From assembly GCF_038025025.1 (NCBI RefSeq), contig NW_027117344.1, positions 496,001-560,000 on the forward strand: a DNA stretch of 64,000 nt, given 5' to 3'. Origin of the DNA: Phyllosticta citribraziliensis. Taxonomy: Eukaryota. A program made the position numbers and the translations under genes. How positions within the stretch are numbered: position 1 is the stretch's first letter; the number at the start of each line of letters is the position of its first letter. Under the pieces are notes generated by a model. It was not told where the DNA came from. It ran no database searches and saw only the letters and a program-made list of their open reading frames with translations. Shown piece after piece: positions 1 to 13,593 of this stretch.

Positions 1-1839
1 TAATCTTCATCTTGCTTGTGCTTAAGGAATGGAACCGCCGGGGTTCAAAGTGAGTGAATGGGTCGAATCGACAAAGAGTGAAAAAGATGAATGAGTGACG
101 CGCAGCGACCACCAAATGGAAAAAGAACGAAGCCAAAGAAGAGATCAGTGGAATGGAGTAGGGAAGAAAAAAATAGACGCCAGGAAGGACGTATGGCCAT
201 TATATGCCTCTCCAGTCTCTGTCAATTCATCGCCGAGTTTCATGGGGCTTCGCTTAGGCCGAGCGCGCGTGGAGGCCATGACTGGGGTGGTCGCGTGGAG
301 CGATCGACCTCCCAAAACGGCAATTCGCGATGTGGCTAAACGTCGGAGCAGCCCTCGCTCGCGTGCAAAGACGTTTCAAGTTGATGGTGGAAACATTTCT
401 GCTGTTTCAATTGCGTGTGCTCTTCTCCACCAGCGCTGAAGACTTATGGATGTTGAGTGCTTTCGAGGATTGTATTGAAGGGATATCTTGTTCTTTGTGT
501 TAGTCAAATGCAACAAAAAGAAATCGTTTGCCCGCCAAACTTACCATAGTTGGCAAATTTACAGAGTCCGTAGACGCCAGACACTGTATAGTAGTGACCC
601 ACACGTCGGCAGCAACCGAGCTCCAAAATCCTCCCTTTGCCCCTGTCCATCTCGGTTCGACGCTCCAACGACGACGTCGGACCAGCACCCACCTGTGGTG
701 ATGCAAGACCGGCAGACCGGACACCAAAGAACCAAGCTTCCAAACAAGCCTTTGGATCGGCAGAACGTGTAGTGTCAGCCTGAAGCGAACAGCCAGCCAG
801 CAGCACAGGCGACCTAAAAAAGAACACTTCCACAAATCAGACGTGGTTGCTCAGAGCAAGGGGGACGATGTCTCTCGCTTTTACCTGCTTGCTTGCTTGC
901 GTGCTTGCTCGCTCGTGCACCATCCGACGAGTGCCGCCCTTGGCAGACAGACGGTCCGCTCCCGTGGCAGGCAGGCTCTTTTTGGCATGAGTCGGCAAAT
1001 CAAACAAGCCCCTTTACCGCCATCTCACCGCCAGGAGAGACCGCTTCGAACGCTCACGTCAGCTCGTTTTGATTCTTCTTCTACTCGCATGCTCGGTACG
1101 CAGCCGCGCGCGTCCCCTTGCAGAGAGATTCCATTTTCATACGTACCAGCATTGGAATTGGGCTAGATGGGGCGTTTATATGAGCAGAAATAAAAGTGAC
1201 ACAAGACGACCAAGAAGAAGGGTGAGTCTAGTATTATGTGTCTCAGAAAGAGAACACAGCCGAGGAGGCAGTACAGCCCGTAAGGCCTTTCAAAGCTTCC
1301 AGGAAACGACAAGTCTCGCGTGCAAAGGAATTCGGACAGAGAGAAAGCAGCGTTTGTATTTGATCGAAGTAGCCACAGTTGTGCGGATAGCTGGCCACTC
1401 AGCCGACCAGCCATCTATCTCTCTCAAGCAAAGGAAACAAAAAGGAGAAGAGGCAAAAGGGGAAAGGGGTATGAGTCCTACATGCAGCAACAACACAGAC
1501 GGAAAACCAACCAAAAGGAGAAAATAGACAGGCACAAGAAGAGTTAAAAAGGAAATCGGGAGCAAAGGAGGGGAAGAAGGGTGAGGGGGCAAAGTGTAAA
1601 AAGGAAAAAAACACCTGCAAGTGCGCATCGTGTGACCCAAGCAATTTCCAGTCAGTCAGTCAGTCCAGTCCAGTCGTCAAGTCTTGAAAGGGAAAATTTC
1701 GAAAGAAAGAAAAAAAGGGTCGATTACAGTGCGACGAGAGGGGTGGGGAAAGAGGAAGAAGAGCGCCCAAAACACCTTGCCGGAGCAGCAACATGAAAAT
1801 GAGAATGCCGCCCCAGCCGTCCGACTTTTCTAATGCAGT

Positions 1840-4800
1840 TTAGAAGCAGTTCAACGCGCTCTTCTTCTTCTTCTTGTTGCTCTGGTTCAGCGCCGCCATG
1901 CGGGCCTCGAGGTGCGCACGCTCGGCCTCAACGCGCATGCGCGCGTTGCGCTCTTCCTCGACTGCTTGGAGCGAGTAGCGGTTCTTGCTCTGCTCCTGCC
2001 GCAGCACGTTGAGCTCCTCCTCCAGGCCATGGCACTTGCGCTTCCACGTCTCCATCTCTCCCTTGACCTTGGTGCTGTTGGATTCGAGATCCGTGAGGGC
2101 TTCCTCCAAAGTTGCCGTGAGCTGCTTCTCGGCAAAGAGATGCTTCTCGATGGTGCGGATACGCGCTTCTTGGTCCTCGACGAACTGTGCCTGTGCAATG
2201 TCTTTGCTCTGGTGGCGCGATCCCGGCGGCGACGAGGGCGTGGGGCCAGGGGAAGACACGCCGGCAGATGGCGGACTGCCAGGAAGGGGAGGTAGAGGAA
2301 TGGCAGGCGGTGGCGAGGGAAGGCTGTTGTGTGAACTCTTGCGATTCTGGCTCGCGTCTCTGGGGTCCAGCGACTCGCGGTGAGAAGTTCGCTTTGCGCT
2401 GCCAAGTTGAGCCTAAATCATTTGTTAGCCCAGTCACCGTCAGCAGATTCTTTGGTGCTTACCTCAAGGTCCGAGATTTTTCTCTTCGAATCTTCCAATT
2501 CGCGTTCAAGCTGCGTCTTGGCCTGCAGGGCTTCCTCGAGCTGGAATTGGCGCTCCGTCTGAAGAGCCGACAACCGGTGAGTTGCCATCTGCTGCTGGTC
2601 GTAGTTGGAGTTGAGCTGCTCTTCGAGCTCGTCCACCAGACGTGCGCTCTTCTTCTCCCTTTCGCTAATCGATTCAATCTCCTTGAGGAGCTCGTCATTG
2701 ATCATCTTCAGCTCGCTGACCTTGTCCTCGCTGGCCGCAGCCTGGGCCTTGACTTCTTCAAGCTGAGTTTTGGCGTTGTCGAGTTCGGTCGTAGCAGCCA
2801 AATGTTTCTCGCGCAAGTCTTTGCGCTCGCTCGTAAGAGCCTCAATCTGGGACTGCACCTTGGTCGCATCCGTTTCCTCGTTGAGAGCAGCCGAAATGTT
2901 GGCCACGAGGGCAGCCACCGACGCCTTGGCCTCGTGCTCCTCTCTCTGTGCCCTCTCAAGCTCCTCCTCAAGCTCAGCAAGGCGCTGACTCGACTCTTGA
3001 ATCTCCTTGGCATGCGTGTCGCGGAGCGAGTCGAGGCCCTGCTGGTGCAGATCAACGGTGGCCTTGTGTTGCTCGAGTTGCCTTTCAAGGTTTGAGACGA
3101 GCCCGCGGTGGGTCTGCAGCTCCCTGTCCGTCAAGTCTCTCGCTTTGGTGTCCTCGTCAACCTGGCGGATGATTCGAGAATAAGATTCTTCAAGGCTCTC
3201 CAGTCTCGAGGCACTGGCCGCCGCCGTTGCCTTGTGGTGCTCAATCTCCTTCCTCAAAGCCTCGACATCAGCAGCCTGGGCGTCCGAAAGCTCGGCACGC
3301 TCGCGGCGCTCAGCCTGCTCTTCCTCAGCGGCGCGCAAGGCCGATTCAAGCTCCTTGATGGTCGCTTGGAGCCCCTGCTCCGATGCGCGCATGCTGTCCA
3401 TGGTCGACTGGTACTTGGTCTGCCATTGTGCAACCTCACGTTGAAGACTAGAGATTTGCTCATCGTGCGCTCCGTTGAGCGATTGATCGTGGTCGATGGC
3501 CTTGGTCTCTGGCGAAGGAGGTTCAAGGAAGCTTCCTCCTCTGTCCGGCGATTGGGAGACTTGGCTTTCGGCGTCCAAGATGCGCACCGAAGGCGAGCGG
3601 GGGGCGCAAAGCGCATTCCGGAGGCTTTCGATTTGCTCCAAGAGCTCGTTTTCCCGCGTTGCGTGAGTTTCTTGAAGTTGCTTCACCATGTTCTCGTTCT
3701 CCATCATCTGCTCTCGCATCTGGGCAACAACGGAAATGTCGAGAGGGGAGCCCTTCAAACTCGATCGCTCCCTCGTCAGTCCAGAGATGATACTCATTTT
3801 ACCTTCCATTTCCCTGCGCGATTGGGCCAGATCAGCCTCCAGAGCGTTGACGCGTTCCTTGGCAGTGTGTAGGTCAACCATGATGGTGTTGAGGTGCTGC
3901 TCAAATGCCTGTGTAACTTCTGGCTCTTCTTCCAGGTGGTCCAAGCCAATGTTGCGGATAGCGGCAAACGAGCGATTGGCGCGGTCAACTGCTACAATGT
4001 TCGAGCTGAGCTTCCGGCGAATGACGTGGGCGGTTGGCGAGTCTGGGCGAGCAAGTTGCACTGCTCTTTGCATCTCGACCTTGAGCTCCTCGACATACTT
4101 GAGCGACTCCTGGTGATCCCTTTCAAGCTGAGCGTAACGCGAAGTGAGCTCGACCATGCTCTCCTCCTTTTCATCGTGTAACCTCTTGAGCTTCTCCATC
4201 TCGTGGATCAAGCGCTCCTCATCGTGGGGGGCACGATCACCTTCATTGTCCCTCCGTCTCTGATGAGCCGCTTCAGCCTCGGAGGTAGCCGCCGTTGAGA
4301 AGGAATCCCTGGGATTGGTGGATTCCCCAAGCAAGGACAATTCCGATGATAAGGTACGCGAGGATGAAGGTTGCCCATCCTCTTTGGTCTCTCTGACCCC
4401 GTTCACCCCCGCGTCCGCTAAAAAAGAATCCGGCCTAGTAGAAGAAGAATCGCGCTTGTTGGCACGCGCCTCGTCGACAGCATCCTGAAGCTCCGACAAG
4501 GCCCTGAGCGTCGCCTGGTACTTTCTCTGAAGTTCGTCATGGTCGTGAACGGTGGTTTCGTGCTCCATGCGAAGGTCAAGAAGCTCCTGCGTGACGGATT
4601 CAAGCTTGTCGGCGACGAATCTGGATTGCTCGGGGCTCTGAGGCATGTCGTCGCCAGCGTTAGGGGCAACCACGTCTGTCTTTTGAATGTCATCCGTGAC
4701 AATCTCGTCAATGGTATCCCCATTGGCCCTCGGTGTAGATGACCTCTCCTCGTCGGCCTCCTCTGCCCTTGGCTCTTCAAAGACGTCGCTGAGTGCCTTT

Positions 4801-7089
4801 TCACCGTTAGTCGCGCTTTCTCCCTCGCCATTCTTGTTCTCCTTTTGAATGCTGTCAAGCTCGTAGAGAAGGTTGTCGAGTTTTCCAATACTCCTCTGCC
4901 GCTCAATGACATGCTCCAACCGTTCAATTTCCCTTTGCATCAACTCGTGATCCTGCTCGGCCTCGGCCAGGCGGTCCTCGAGCGTAGTGATGTACTCTTC
5001 GGCACTGAGCTCGGTCTCTCGGGCTCTGCTCAACTCCTTGCGCAAGTCTTGAATGATGGCGGTCTGCTTCTCCTCGCCAGAAGTAATGCCGTCAACCTTG
5101 GATTCCAGGTCGCGCAGGTAGCTTTCGTTGTTAGCCTCACGATCCACGAATTTCTGAATGCGGGACTGGAGCTGCTGGTTGACGCTCTCCATGTAGGCAA
5201 TCTTGGTTTCCTTTTCCAGCAGGCTACTTTCGCTTGTCGACAAGTGCGTACGCGTAGTCGACAGGGATGATTCGAGGGATTGGATCGTCTTCTCGTACTC
5301 GAGTACGACTGCTTGGACGGCTTCGGCGAACGAATTTGAACGCTTGAGCCGCTCCATGGCAGTCTCTCCGAGCGCATCGGTCAATTCGGCGGCATCGGAT
5401 TCAGGGTGTGCCTTGGTAATTTCTGAAATGAAGTTTGCGTGGCGCTGACTGAGAGCAGTGTAATTTTCCTGGAGATCAAGCAGCTGGTTCTGCAACTCCA
5501 TCTCACGCTCAGTGTTGCGTTCGGCCCTCTCTTGGGCCAACTTGCTCTTTCGGTCTGTGCGCTCCGAGAGCCTGATTTGGTCTCGCAGAAACGAGACTTC
5601 GGCACGAAGCCGGTCGATGATGGCCTGTTTGTCGCCATCCTCCGACGTTTGCTGAATCTTAGGCTTGCTCTGGATGGCCCTTGCACGCTGCGCATACTGC
5701 ACAGTATTGAGGGTTTCGCTAATGTGGAACTCGGCCGGGTTGACGCAGGCGACCATGTAGGTGATGGCATTGCCGCCCAGCGAGTCTTGCAGCAGACGAG
5801 TGAGCTTCGAGTCGCGGTACGAGACGTGCGCGCCGGATCGCGATGATAATTGAGAAATGACCTTGCCGAGTGCTGCCAGACCGGCATTGATTGAGATTCC
5901 CTCTTTTGCACGTTCGCCCTGGGCACCGCTGTTTTTCAACCTCTCACTTCCTGCAAGATCGACAAAGTGCATCTTGCTGTCGACCGTTACGAAGCCTTCG
6001 GACCCAGTCAAGGCCTCGATGGGCACCGACCGTCTCTTTTCCTGAGTCGGAGTGGGAGCAGGAGGTTTGCTCTTTTTCTGCACCAAATTCAAACTAAAAA
6101 CCGCATGCGAACGCGAAGATTGCGAATTGATGGCCGTAGAGTCGGTTTGTCGAATGGAAGAACCATAGTTCAGCGCATGGAGGAGATCGTCGATCGAATT
6201 AATGTTCATTTGTTGAAGGCCGGTGAGGATTATTCTGCCCTTGGTATCTTCGCGAATGGTGACTTGGGCACGTGCATTAGGAGGGGTTTCGGCAGGAATC
6301 AAAAGGTCCCGCAGGGTTTCGTTGTGAATCTCAACGTAAGTGGCCTTGAGTTGCCAATTCTTGTCACCAGACTTGCCCGGGGGCAGCCCAACGGTGGAAT
6401 AGCGAGTTGGAGCGCGGAGGCCGGTTCCTGGTCCCGCGGATGGAGTAGATGAGCCTATCAGCATCTCGAACAAGGCCTTTGCAGCACGCGGTACAACACC
6501 TGTATCTTGTCAGCCGGGTCTCTGCTAATGCGCGAGCAACATACCCATGAGGTTTGGATCGGCCTGCTGCCCCGGACCGGATGTTCCCATGGTGTACGAC
6601 TTTCCGGCGCCCGACTGGCCGTATGCCAGGATGGAGACATTGTAGCCTTGTACAAACGAATTTATGCTGTCGCTCAGGTACTCCCACACGCCCGACTGGC
6701 CAATGTCCTCGCTAAAAACTCTGTCAAACACAAAGAGCTTCTTGCCTTGGTTCGAGTCGACGGCGATTGTGGTGTCGGAGGACGTCTGACACACGGAGCC
6801 GCGGAAGCGCTGCGGGATGAGCTCGAAGTTGGGGTCGCCAGGCTTCAAAGGTGGGCGGACGCGAATTGCTGCGAGACGCGCCAAGTTAGCGGCGTGGGCA
6901 GAGAAGCGAGGTGGGAGGCAACAACTCACCGACTTTGACGGCCGTCTTGCTATCCTCGTCGGAGGCTCTGCTGCCGCCGGGGCGGCTGCTCATGCTCATG
7001 CGACTGGAGCTGCGATTGGGACGCAGCAAGGCGCTCATGGGCCGCTGAATGCCGCTCGGCGCGGGCGACCCAGGCGGAGAAGCGGCCAT
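1840..7089 (-). CDS. Kinesin-4 family (KIF4/KIF21-like) motor with long coiled-coil stalk, ~1697 aa; exons 7089-6930, 6868-6545, 6499-2463, 2412-1840
   Basis: Spliced N-terminus TAVKVAIRVRP, P-loop AYGQSGAGKSYTMGT, switch I NSQSSRSHAVF, switch II FVDLAGSER, HVSYRDSKLTRLLQDSLGG. Three GT-AG introns with GCTAAC/GCTGAC branch sites join four ORF segments in frame (5094 nt). Confidence 0.95.
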
Positions 7090-9966
7090 CTCCGCAGGCA
7101 GGAGCGCCTGTATGAGAGGTTTCGGGGGTTGAGCGCAAGTAGGTGGTGGTGTCGTGGGTGGAGCGGAGCGGATTTGGCAGTTATAGGAGGAGCTGGAGGG
7201 CGAATGAGGGACGGCGGGAGAGTCGGCGAACAGCGGACATGCGCAGCGAGGGTACACAGCAGGCTGTCTGTGCAACGGCGGGCTGGAAGTGCGTGATGGT
7301 AGGAGGCCGGTTGCGATGGCGAACGAGGGTCGAGGCGAATGTTTGTTTATTGCAAAAGGTGAATGAGGCGGGCGGCGGCGAACAGGTAGGTAGGGTTCAG
7401 GTTCGGGTTCAGGATCAGGTTCAGGCGAACGGTTCAGTTGTCGGGTTGGTGCCAGTCAGGGGCAGGCCGGCAAGGTTTGGTCAGGCAGCTGGGCCAGCTG
7501 GGGTGCGCAGCCAGTCAGCAGCGGCGGCGTCACGACAGGGCAGTCGGGTCGGCGGCGCGTTGTGCTCGTGCTCGGGCTCGGGCTCGGGCGAGGGCTGTCA
7601 ATTCGAAGGGAATGGAAGAGAGAGAAAGAGAGAGAAAGAAGAGAAGGCGGTCGACGTCGACGAGGGGCGCAAGATTTGGTTTGTGGTCGGCTGGGTCGAG
7701 TCTAAAGGAAGACGTCTTTGCGCCGGCGCGGTTGCTAGCAGCAGAGGGCAGCAGATGGGACTAGGCCTGTGCGCTATCATGTTCCAACCTACAGGGCACC
7801 ATGTACCCAAGTCAAGACCTGGGTCGTGGGACGGGCCTCTTCAATCCACCCACGGAACACAATTCTGCGCCAGCCAACAGCCAGACAGCCTCCCCCGGCC
7901 AGGGTCCACTCTGTCTACCAAAGAGCGCAACGCGCCGACATGAACTCCCTCTCTTCTCGGCCCTGCCTGACATCATGGCAGCCCTTCCGAAATTGACCCT
8001 CGCGTGCAATTTCGACAACGGCCCCGATCACCGCCAGACGCCCAAAAAGGTTGCGCAATAGTTTGATTGCAAAGGCCTCAACGTCGCTGCATTGCCGATG
8101 GATCTTCGCCATGGGTGCGCGGGCCGTTGGTCTCCTTATGCAGCCTCCAACCCGCTTCGGGCTGTAGGTTGGACGCAATCCGTCCCGACGCGCGGGAGCT
8201 AAACACTCACCGCGCCCTTCAACAACTGAAGAATCCCCCGAAGCTATTGCTACGATACATGTCGAGTCGCTGGCAATACCTACAGCACCCAGCTCATCCC
8301 TGGATCACAGTCCCTGGCCGTCTTGCTGGCAACCGCCCAAATAAGCTTTTTTCTTATTCATAATAACCTACTGTACCGTACCGCGCCGGCTGCCAGCCCT
8401 TGTCTTCCGCCCGCCATCCCTTTTGGGACGTCGCCAAGCTGCGTGAAAATACTACCGACACACCAACTTCCCCTCATTGCCTCAGGTCCCTTGCAAGACG
8501 AGTCAAACAACAGGACCGACGCTCGAGGTCCGCTCTCAAGACACTCATGTCTCGGCCTCGCAAGCGAAGCGCAGTCGCCGTGCCCTGGTTCGAATGTCTC
8601 TGCCAAGCAAGCCCATGCCACGGTCCCTCGCTCTCCTGCTCTTCAGTTGCTCTGCTCTAACTTTGGCCAACCAGCAGGAACCAGGGCGGGGCCACCATAA
8701 CCAAGAACAAGATCACCACGACGGCCTTGGTCTTCGTCTATCCAAACATCAACACTGCACCAGGAGAAAAGAAAAAAGAAAAGAAAAAAATCAACAGGGT
8801 CAAGATTGTCTCTGCACTTCCCCGACTGAGCTCGCTCGCTGCTATTCTTAGCAATGATGCTCACAATTACCGAGCTTCCTGGCAGATCCCTCCCCATATG
8901 ATCGCCCTTGCACCACACGCACGTCGATCCCAGAACGGACAGCCAGCCACCAAGAGTCGTCTTTCTATGTGGCACAACAGTCAGTCCTTCGGCCACGTCC
9001 AAGACCTGCAAAGGCTTCATCTTTACAACCTGGTACTCAGCTCTTCATTTCTTGTGCTTGTTCGTCTGCATGCTGTGGCGCCTCGCCGTCTGCTCCTCCT
9101 TGCTTCTGACCGAACCCTGACGCCGGCTACATGACTTGCACTTCACGCACCAAAGGTATCAGCCGCATAGTTAATACTGTCGTCTGCATGCGCGCGTCCT
9201 GCACACCCTTTGCCTCTTTAAGTCATGATGCCTATTCGCACGCACAGTACAGTATGGTACATACTAATCGCCACCTCCAAGTCCCCCTTACCCCTCCCTC
9301 GCAACCAATGTCACAATGGATGCCCAAGCCATGCTGTGTCGAACAGAGAATGAAAAACCTACAATGAGTTACGACAATCGTCAATGACCGAGCGCGCAGT
9401 AGATCTCCACCTCCAAATCTGCATCGGCAAAGACGCAGCAAAGAAAGATACACGTTGCCTCGAAAGATCGCGTCTCACTCTGCGATCAGAGTTTGTCCAT
9501 GCAGCTGGTGGTCGGGCGTGTACGGCGGGCGGGGCCTGGGGCCTGGATCCTTTTTCTTTTCTTTTGTCAGTTTTTTTAACTTCTGCGATTCCCAACATAA
9601 CCTACCGCAACCAAACCACCGCGGACAGTCACCGTATGTGTACTCGGAAAAGAGCGCAAAGAGACGTGTATATTTGCTACAGAGGAAAGGAGAAGGGAAG
9701 GAAATGGGACAAAACGTGTCGAGCACAATTCAAACCTATACAATCTACACGCGCTAGCCAGTTCCCCAACCGCACCCCAGACCAGATAGTCCACTGACTG
9801 GTCAGACCGAGGGCGTCTGGCGAACTGGCCACTTGCTCCCTCTCTCTACCTGCATGCATGTATAGATGCGCATTGTCAATTGGATACTTTTCCTCTTTCG
9901 GCGAGCATGCTTGCCTCTCAACCAGCACGACCACCCATACCGACATTCGTGCAGACGAGCGCCCAT

Positions 9967-11519
9967 CTACTCGAAGCTATACCTCAGCCACTCGCCGACC
10001 GCGCGCAGGCTCTCCCATCGGACGCTCTCGTCCTTGTCCGCCATGAGCTGCATGACGCGCGTCTTGAGCCCCATGCGCTCGAGCACCGGCCGCTTCTCCG
10101 GCACCTCCTTGACCAGGCACGCCACGTCGTTGCACGCAATGGCGAGCACCTGCTTGTCCTGGTCCCACGACTTGTCGAGGATGGCCGCCAGCTGCTTGGG
10201 CAGCTCGCCGTTGTTGTCCTCGATGATGCGCCGCGCGTTGTCCCGCCAAAAGGCCGGGTTGCGGTGCGGCGGCGACCAGCGCAGATGCCCGCTGTGCACC
10301 TCGGCCGCGTACTGCGAGAACGTCGTTTGTGTCTTGGTGTAGTCCTCGAGCGACGTCTGGAGCGACGACAGGTCTTCCAGCAGATCGGCGTCCGTGAGGT
10401 GTCGTGATTGCAGCGTGGTGAGGAGTGCCGGGAGACGCGCGAGCGTTGCGGCGGGCAAGAGGGTATCCGGCTTTGCGTCGATGAGGTTACGAAGCGTGGA
10501 GAGGAGCAAGCGCGTGGTCTTTTCCTTGGGAGAGGTGCGCAAAAGAGAAACGTAGAGGGTCACAATGTCATGTTCCCTGTAGATTGCGTTAGTTTGTTTG
10601 TAGGGCGGGGGAGCGCGTCATCACTCACTCATCCAATCCGTCGCCGACAAGCTTGCCCTCAAAACTGAGCTGCCAGAGCACGAGGAGGACGTGATACAAG
10701 AGCTGTAGCCCCACACCGCCGCCGAGTCCAACTTCGGCGTTGGTGCGAATGCTGGCGCTCGAGCTGCCACCGTACAGCGTCGAGTCCGTATCCTTACCGT
10801 TACCAGCCGCTGCCTTCAAAATTTCGACCAATGGGTTCAGCGTTTCCTTTCTCTGCTTCCAGAACAATGATCGCGACTTGGAAGTGCGCAACACTGCCGA
10901 GTATTCCTGAACAGCAATGTCTTGGAGACCGGCATCGGAGCTCTTGGCCAGGGTGGACAAGTAGCTGTAGAGCTGGGGCAGCGCTTCTTCTATCTGGCTG
11001 GATTGCTTGGAGCTGGACACTAATGCTTCGGATATCAAGCTCGAGAGCACCGCAGAGGTAAGGAGGGGTATCGGGTCTTCGGGGTTGGTAGATTGCTTGA
11101 GCAGCGGGAGGAAAGGCGCAAATGGGCGAGGGTGCTTGGTCAGGGCAGCCAGGAATGATGGGATATCTGTAATAAACATGTCAGCCAAAGTTTCCAGTTC
11201 TCGCAAGCTGGCACTCACCGTCTATCAGGTCGCCCGTGAGCACTAGCATGTACTGGATGATGTCCTGACGCTTGCCCTTGGCCGCAGCCTGGAAAATGTC
11301 CTGCGCATCATCCCCGCCGAGCAAAAGTGCGACGAAGCTATTGGTATCGGCCTCGATGGTCTGCTTCCGCTGCTCTTTCCGGACCTTGTCAATCGACTTG
11401 ATCTTCTTGAGGTCGCCGTCGGTGATGGTCTTGGCACGGACGGCTCCCTCCCAGGAGATGGGCCGGGCGCGAATGTTGTTCTGGAGCGAGAGGATGTAGG
11501 TGGGCGGGTCCAACGACAT
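9967..11519 (-). CDS. VMA13: V-type ATPase V1 subunit H, ~482 aa; exons 11519-11219, 11166-10629, 10576-9967
   Basis: Motifs IRARPISWEG, GLQLLYHVLLVLWQLSF, KEKTTRL, LRWSPPHRNPAFWRDNA, LAIACNDV, KTRVMQLM...VRWESLRAV. Two GTGAGT..CAG introns restore frame. Confidence 0.96.
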
Positions 11520-11737
11520 GGCGGCGATAGAGTCAAGGGCCGAGGCGGAGGACGGGCAAGGTGGTGGACAGGTAGGTAGTTACGGTCAAGTAGCTGTAGG
11601 TCGATGTAGCTTGGGCGGTGGAGCGTGGAGGCCGGCCGTGCGCGCGGGCCAATGACGAGATCCCTGCAAGAGCCCATTTCAATAAAGCTCCATCGCCGCC
11701 CCTCGCCCGTTTCGACTTGACTCGACATCCCGTCGCC
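11520..11737. promoter_or_regulatory. Compact bidirectional promoter shared by VMA13 and TBCE
   Basis: Start codons are head-to-head and only 218 bp apart. Confidence 0.6.
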
Positions 11738-13593
11738 ATGGACGCTCAGTTTTACCCCGGCAAGCGATTGTCCTTCAACAACGACCTATGCACAGTGCAC
11801 TTCGTCGGCGCCATTGAGGGCGTCAAGGGCGACTGGCTGGGCGTCGAATGGGACGACCCCACGCGTGGGAAGCACGACGGTTCTCACAACGGCGTGAGGT
11901 ACTTTGAATGTATGCGAGTCTCCCCGGTTTGTTGCCATTCTGACGCGAGACGTATCAGATAGGTGCGCGAAAGTTTTCAACAGCAGGCTCTTTTGTGAGG
12001 CCGAATCGTCCGTCTGATCCGCCGCTTTCCTACGTGCAAGCCTTGAAGAAGAAGTATGCCTCGGATCCTGCCGACGAGGTCAACCTTGACATTGTCGTCA
12101 CTGGACCTGTCCCTGCCCATGTTCCCGTCAACGAGCGTGGAAAGGTCATCAAGATTAGCGGCAAAGAAGCGGAGGAGGTCGGCTTTGACAAAATTCGCAA
12201 GAAGCTTGCCAACCTGCAAGAGCTCCGAATTGTGCTTTTGGACTGCCTGTGCATAGCAAGGCCGCTACCCGCCCTGCTAGAGCAAGCTGCCCAAGGCAAC
12301 ACCGACGTCACAGCAGCAAATCTAACGGATGTCAAAGATGTCTCGCCCAAGATTCACGAACTTGACCTGAGTCGAAATCTCTTCGAGGAATGGAGAGAGA
12401 TTGCATCAATCTGTATCCAGCTAGACAGGCTGACGCAGCTTCGTGCTGACGGGAATCGGTTCAGGGACATTACTTTGGATGATACTCTTTCGGCCGCCTT
12501 TTGCAAGGTCACGTCACTCAGTCTTGAAGATACTCTTCTTGAGTGGAATCAGCTTGTCTCCATCTGCTCTGGATTCCCGAACCTCAAGACTCTTACGGCA
12601 GCTAGTAACGCCCTCGGCAGATGTGACGGGGCGCTTTTGCCCACAACAATTACCGAAGTTGTCTTGGAAAAGAACGACTTTCGGACGCTGGCCGACCTCA
12701 AGGCTCTAACCAAACTACCACATCTGAAGCGTCTTCGACTCAAAAACAATTCCATATCCGACGTTGGCAGCCAGACTTTGACAGCTTCTGAGCCGCTTGT
12801 CTTTTCGAAGAGTCTCGACGATGTCGACCTAGCGTACAACTCCATTGACAGCTGGAGGTTGATCGACGCTTTGCCAGACGTCTTCCCTGGATTGCGATCT
12901 ATTCGTATCGCTGCAAACCCACTCTACGAGAAGTTGCATTCAGCAGACGGCAAGGAGCTCTCAGCAGACGATGGGTACATGCTCACCATGGCACGACTCG
13001 GCGGGCTAGAGGTGATGAACTTTAGCAAGATCTCTTCAAAAGAACGCCTCAATGCCGAAACCTACTACCTCTCGCAGATTGGAATCGAGCTGTCGAATGC
13101 ACCAGAAACCCAAGAGGAGGCTATACTTGGAACACATAGGCGGTATCGTGAACTCTGTGACGAGTACGGAGAACCGAGGGTGGAGCGGCAAGCGACTGAG
13201 AGGATCAATCCCAATTCGCTCGCGGCAAGGCTCATCAACTTCTGCTTCTATCCTGGAGACTCGGTCAAGGCAAAGTTGGCAGGCCGCGGCAGCGAGGCAG
13301 AGGAGTTTAGCGTGGAGCTGCCCCGCAGCTTTACTGTTTACAGTATGCTTGGAGTGGTAGGCAAAAGGCTGGGGTTGCCGCCGCTGAAGCTCAAGCTATA
13401 CTGTGAGACAGGCGACATTGCTCCTGCGGAAGGAGGGTTATTGGGAGAAGGCGGAGAGTGGGACTCGGAAGAGGAAGAGAACGAAGCAGAAAAGGGCGCA
13501 GTGAAGAGGGAAGTTGAGTGGGTTGCAGGAACGAAGATGGTTGGAACATGGGTAGAAGGACGAGAGACTCGCGTCCGGGTCGAAATCAGTTGA
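11738..13593 (+). CDS. TBCE: Tubulin-specific chaperone E (CAP-Gly + LRR + UBL), ~600 aa; exons 11738-11909, 11963-13593
   Basis: CAP-Gly WLGVEWDDPTRGKHDGSHNGVRYFEC, ISGKEAEEVGFDKI, LRRs (ELDLSRNLF, LRLKNNSI, DVDLAYNSI), ERLNAETYYL. Intron GTATGC..TAG joins the exons in frame. Confidence 0.94.
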
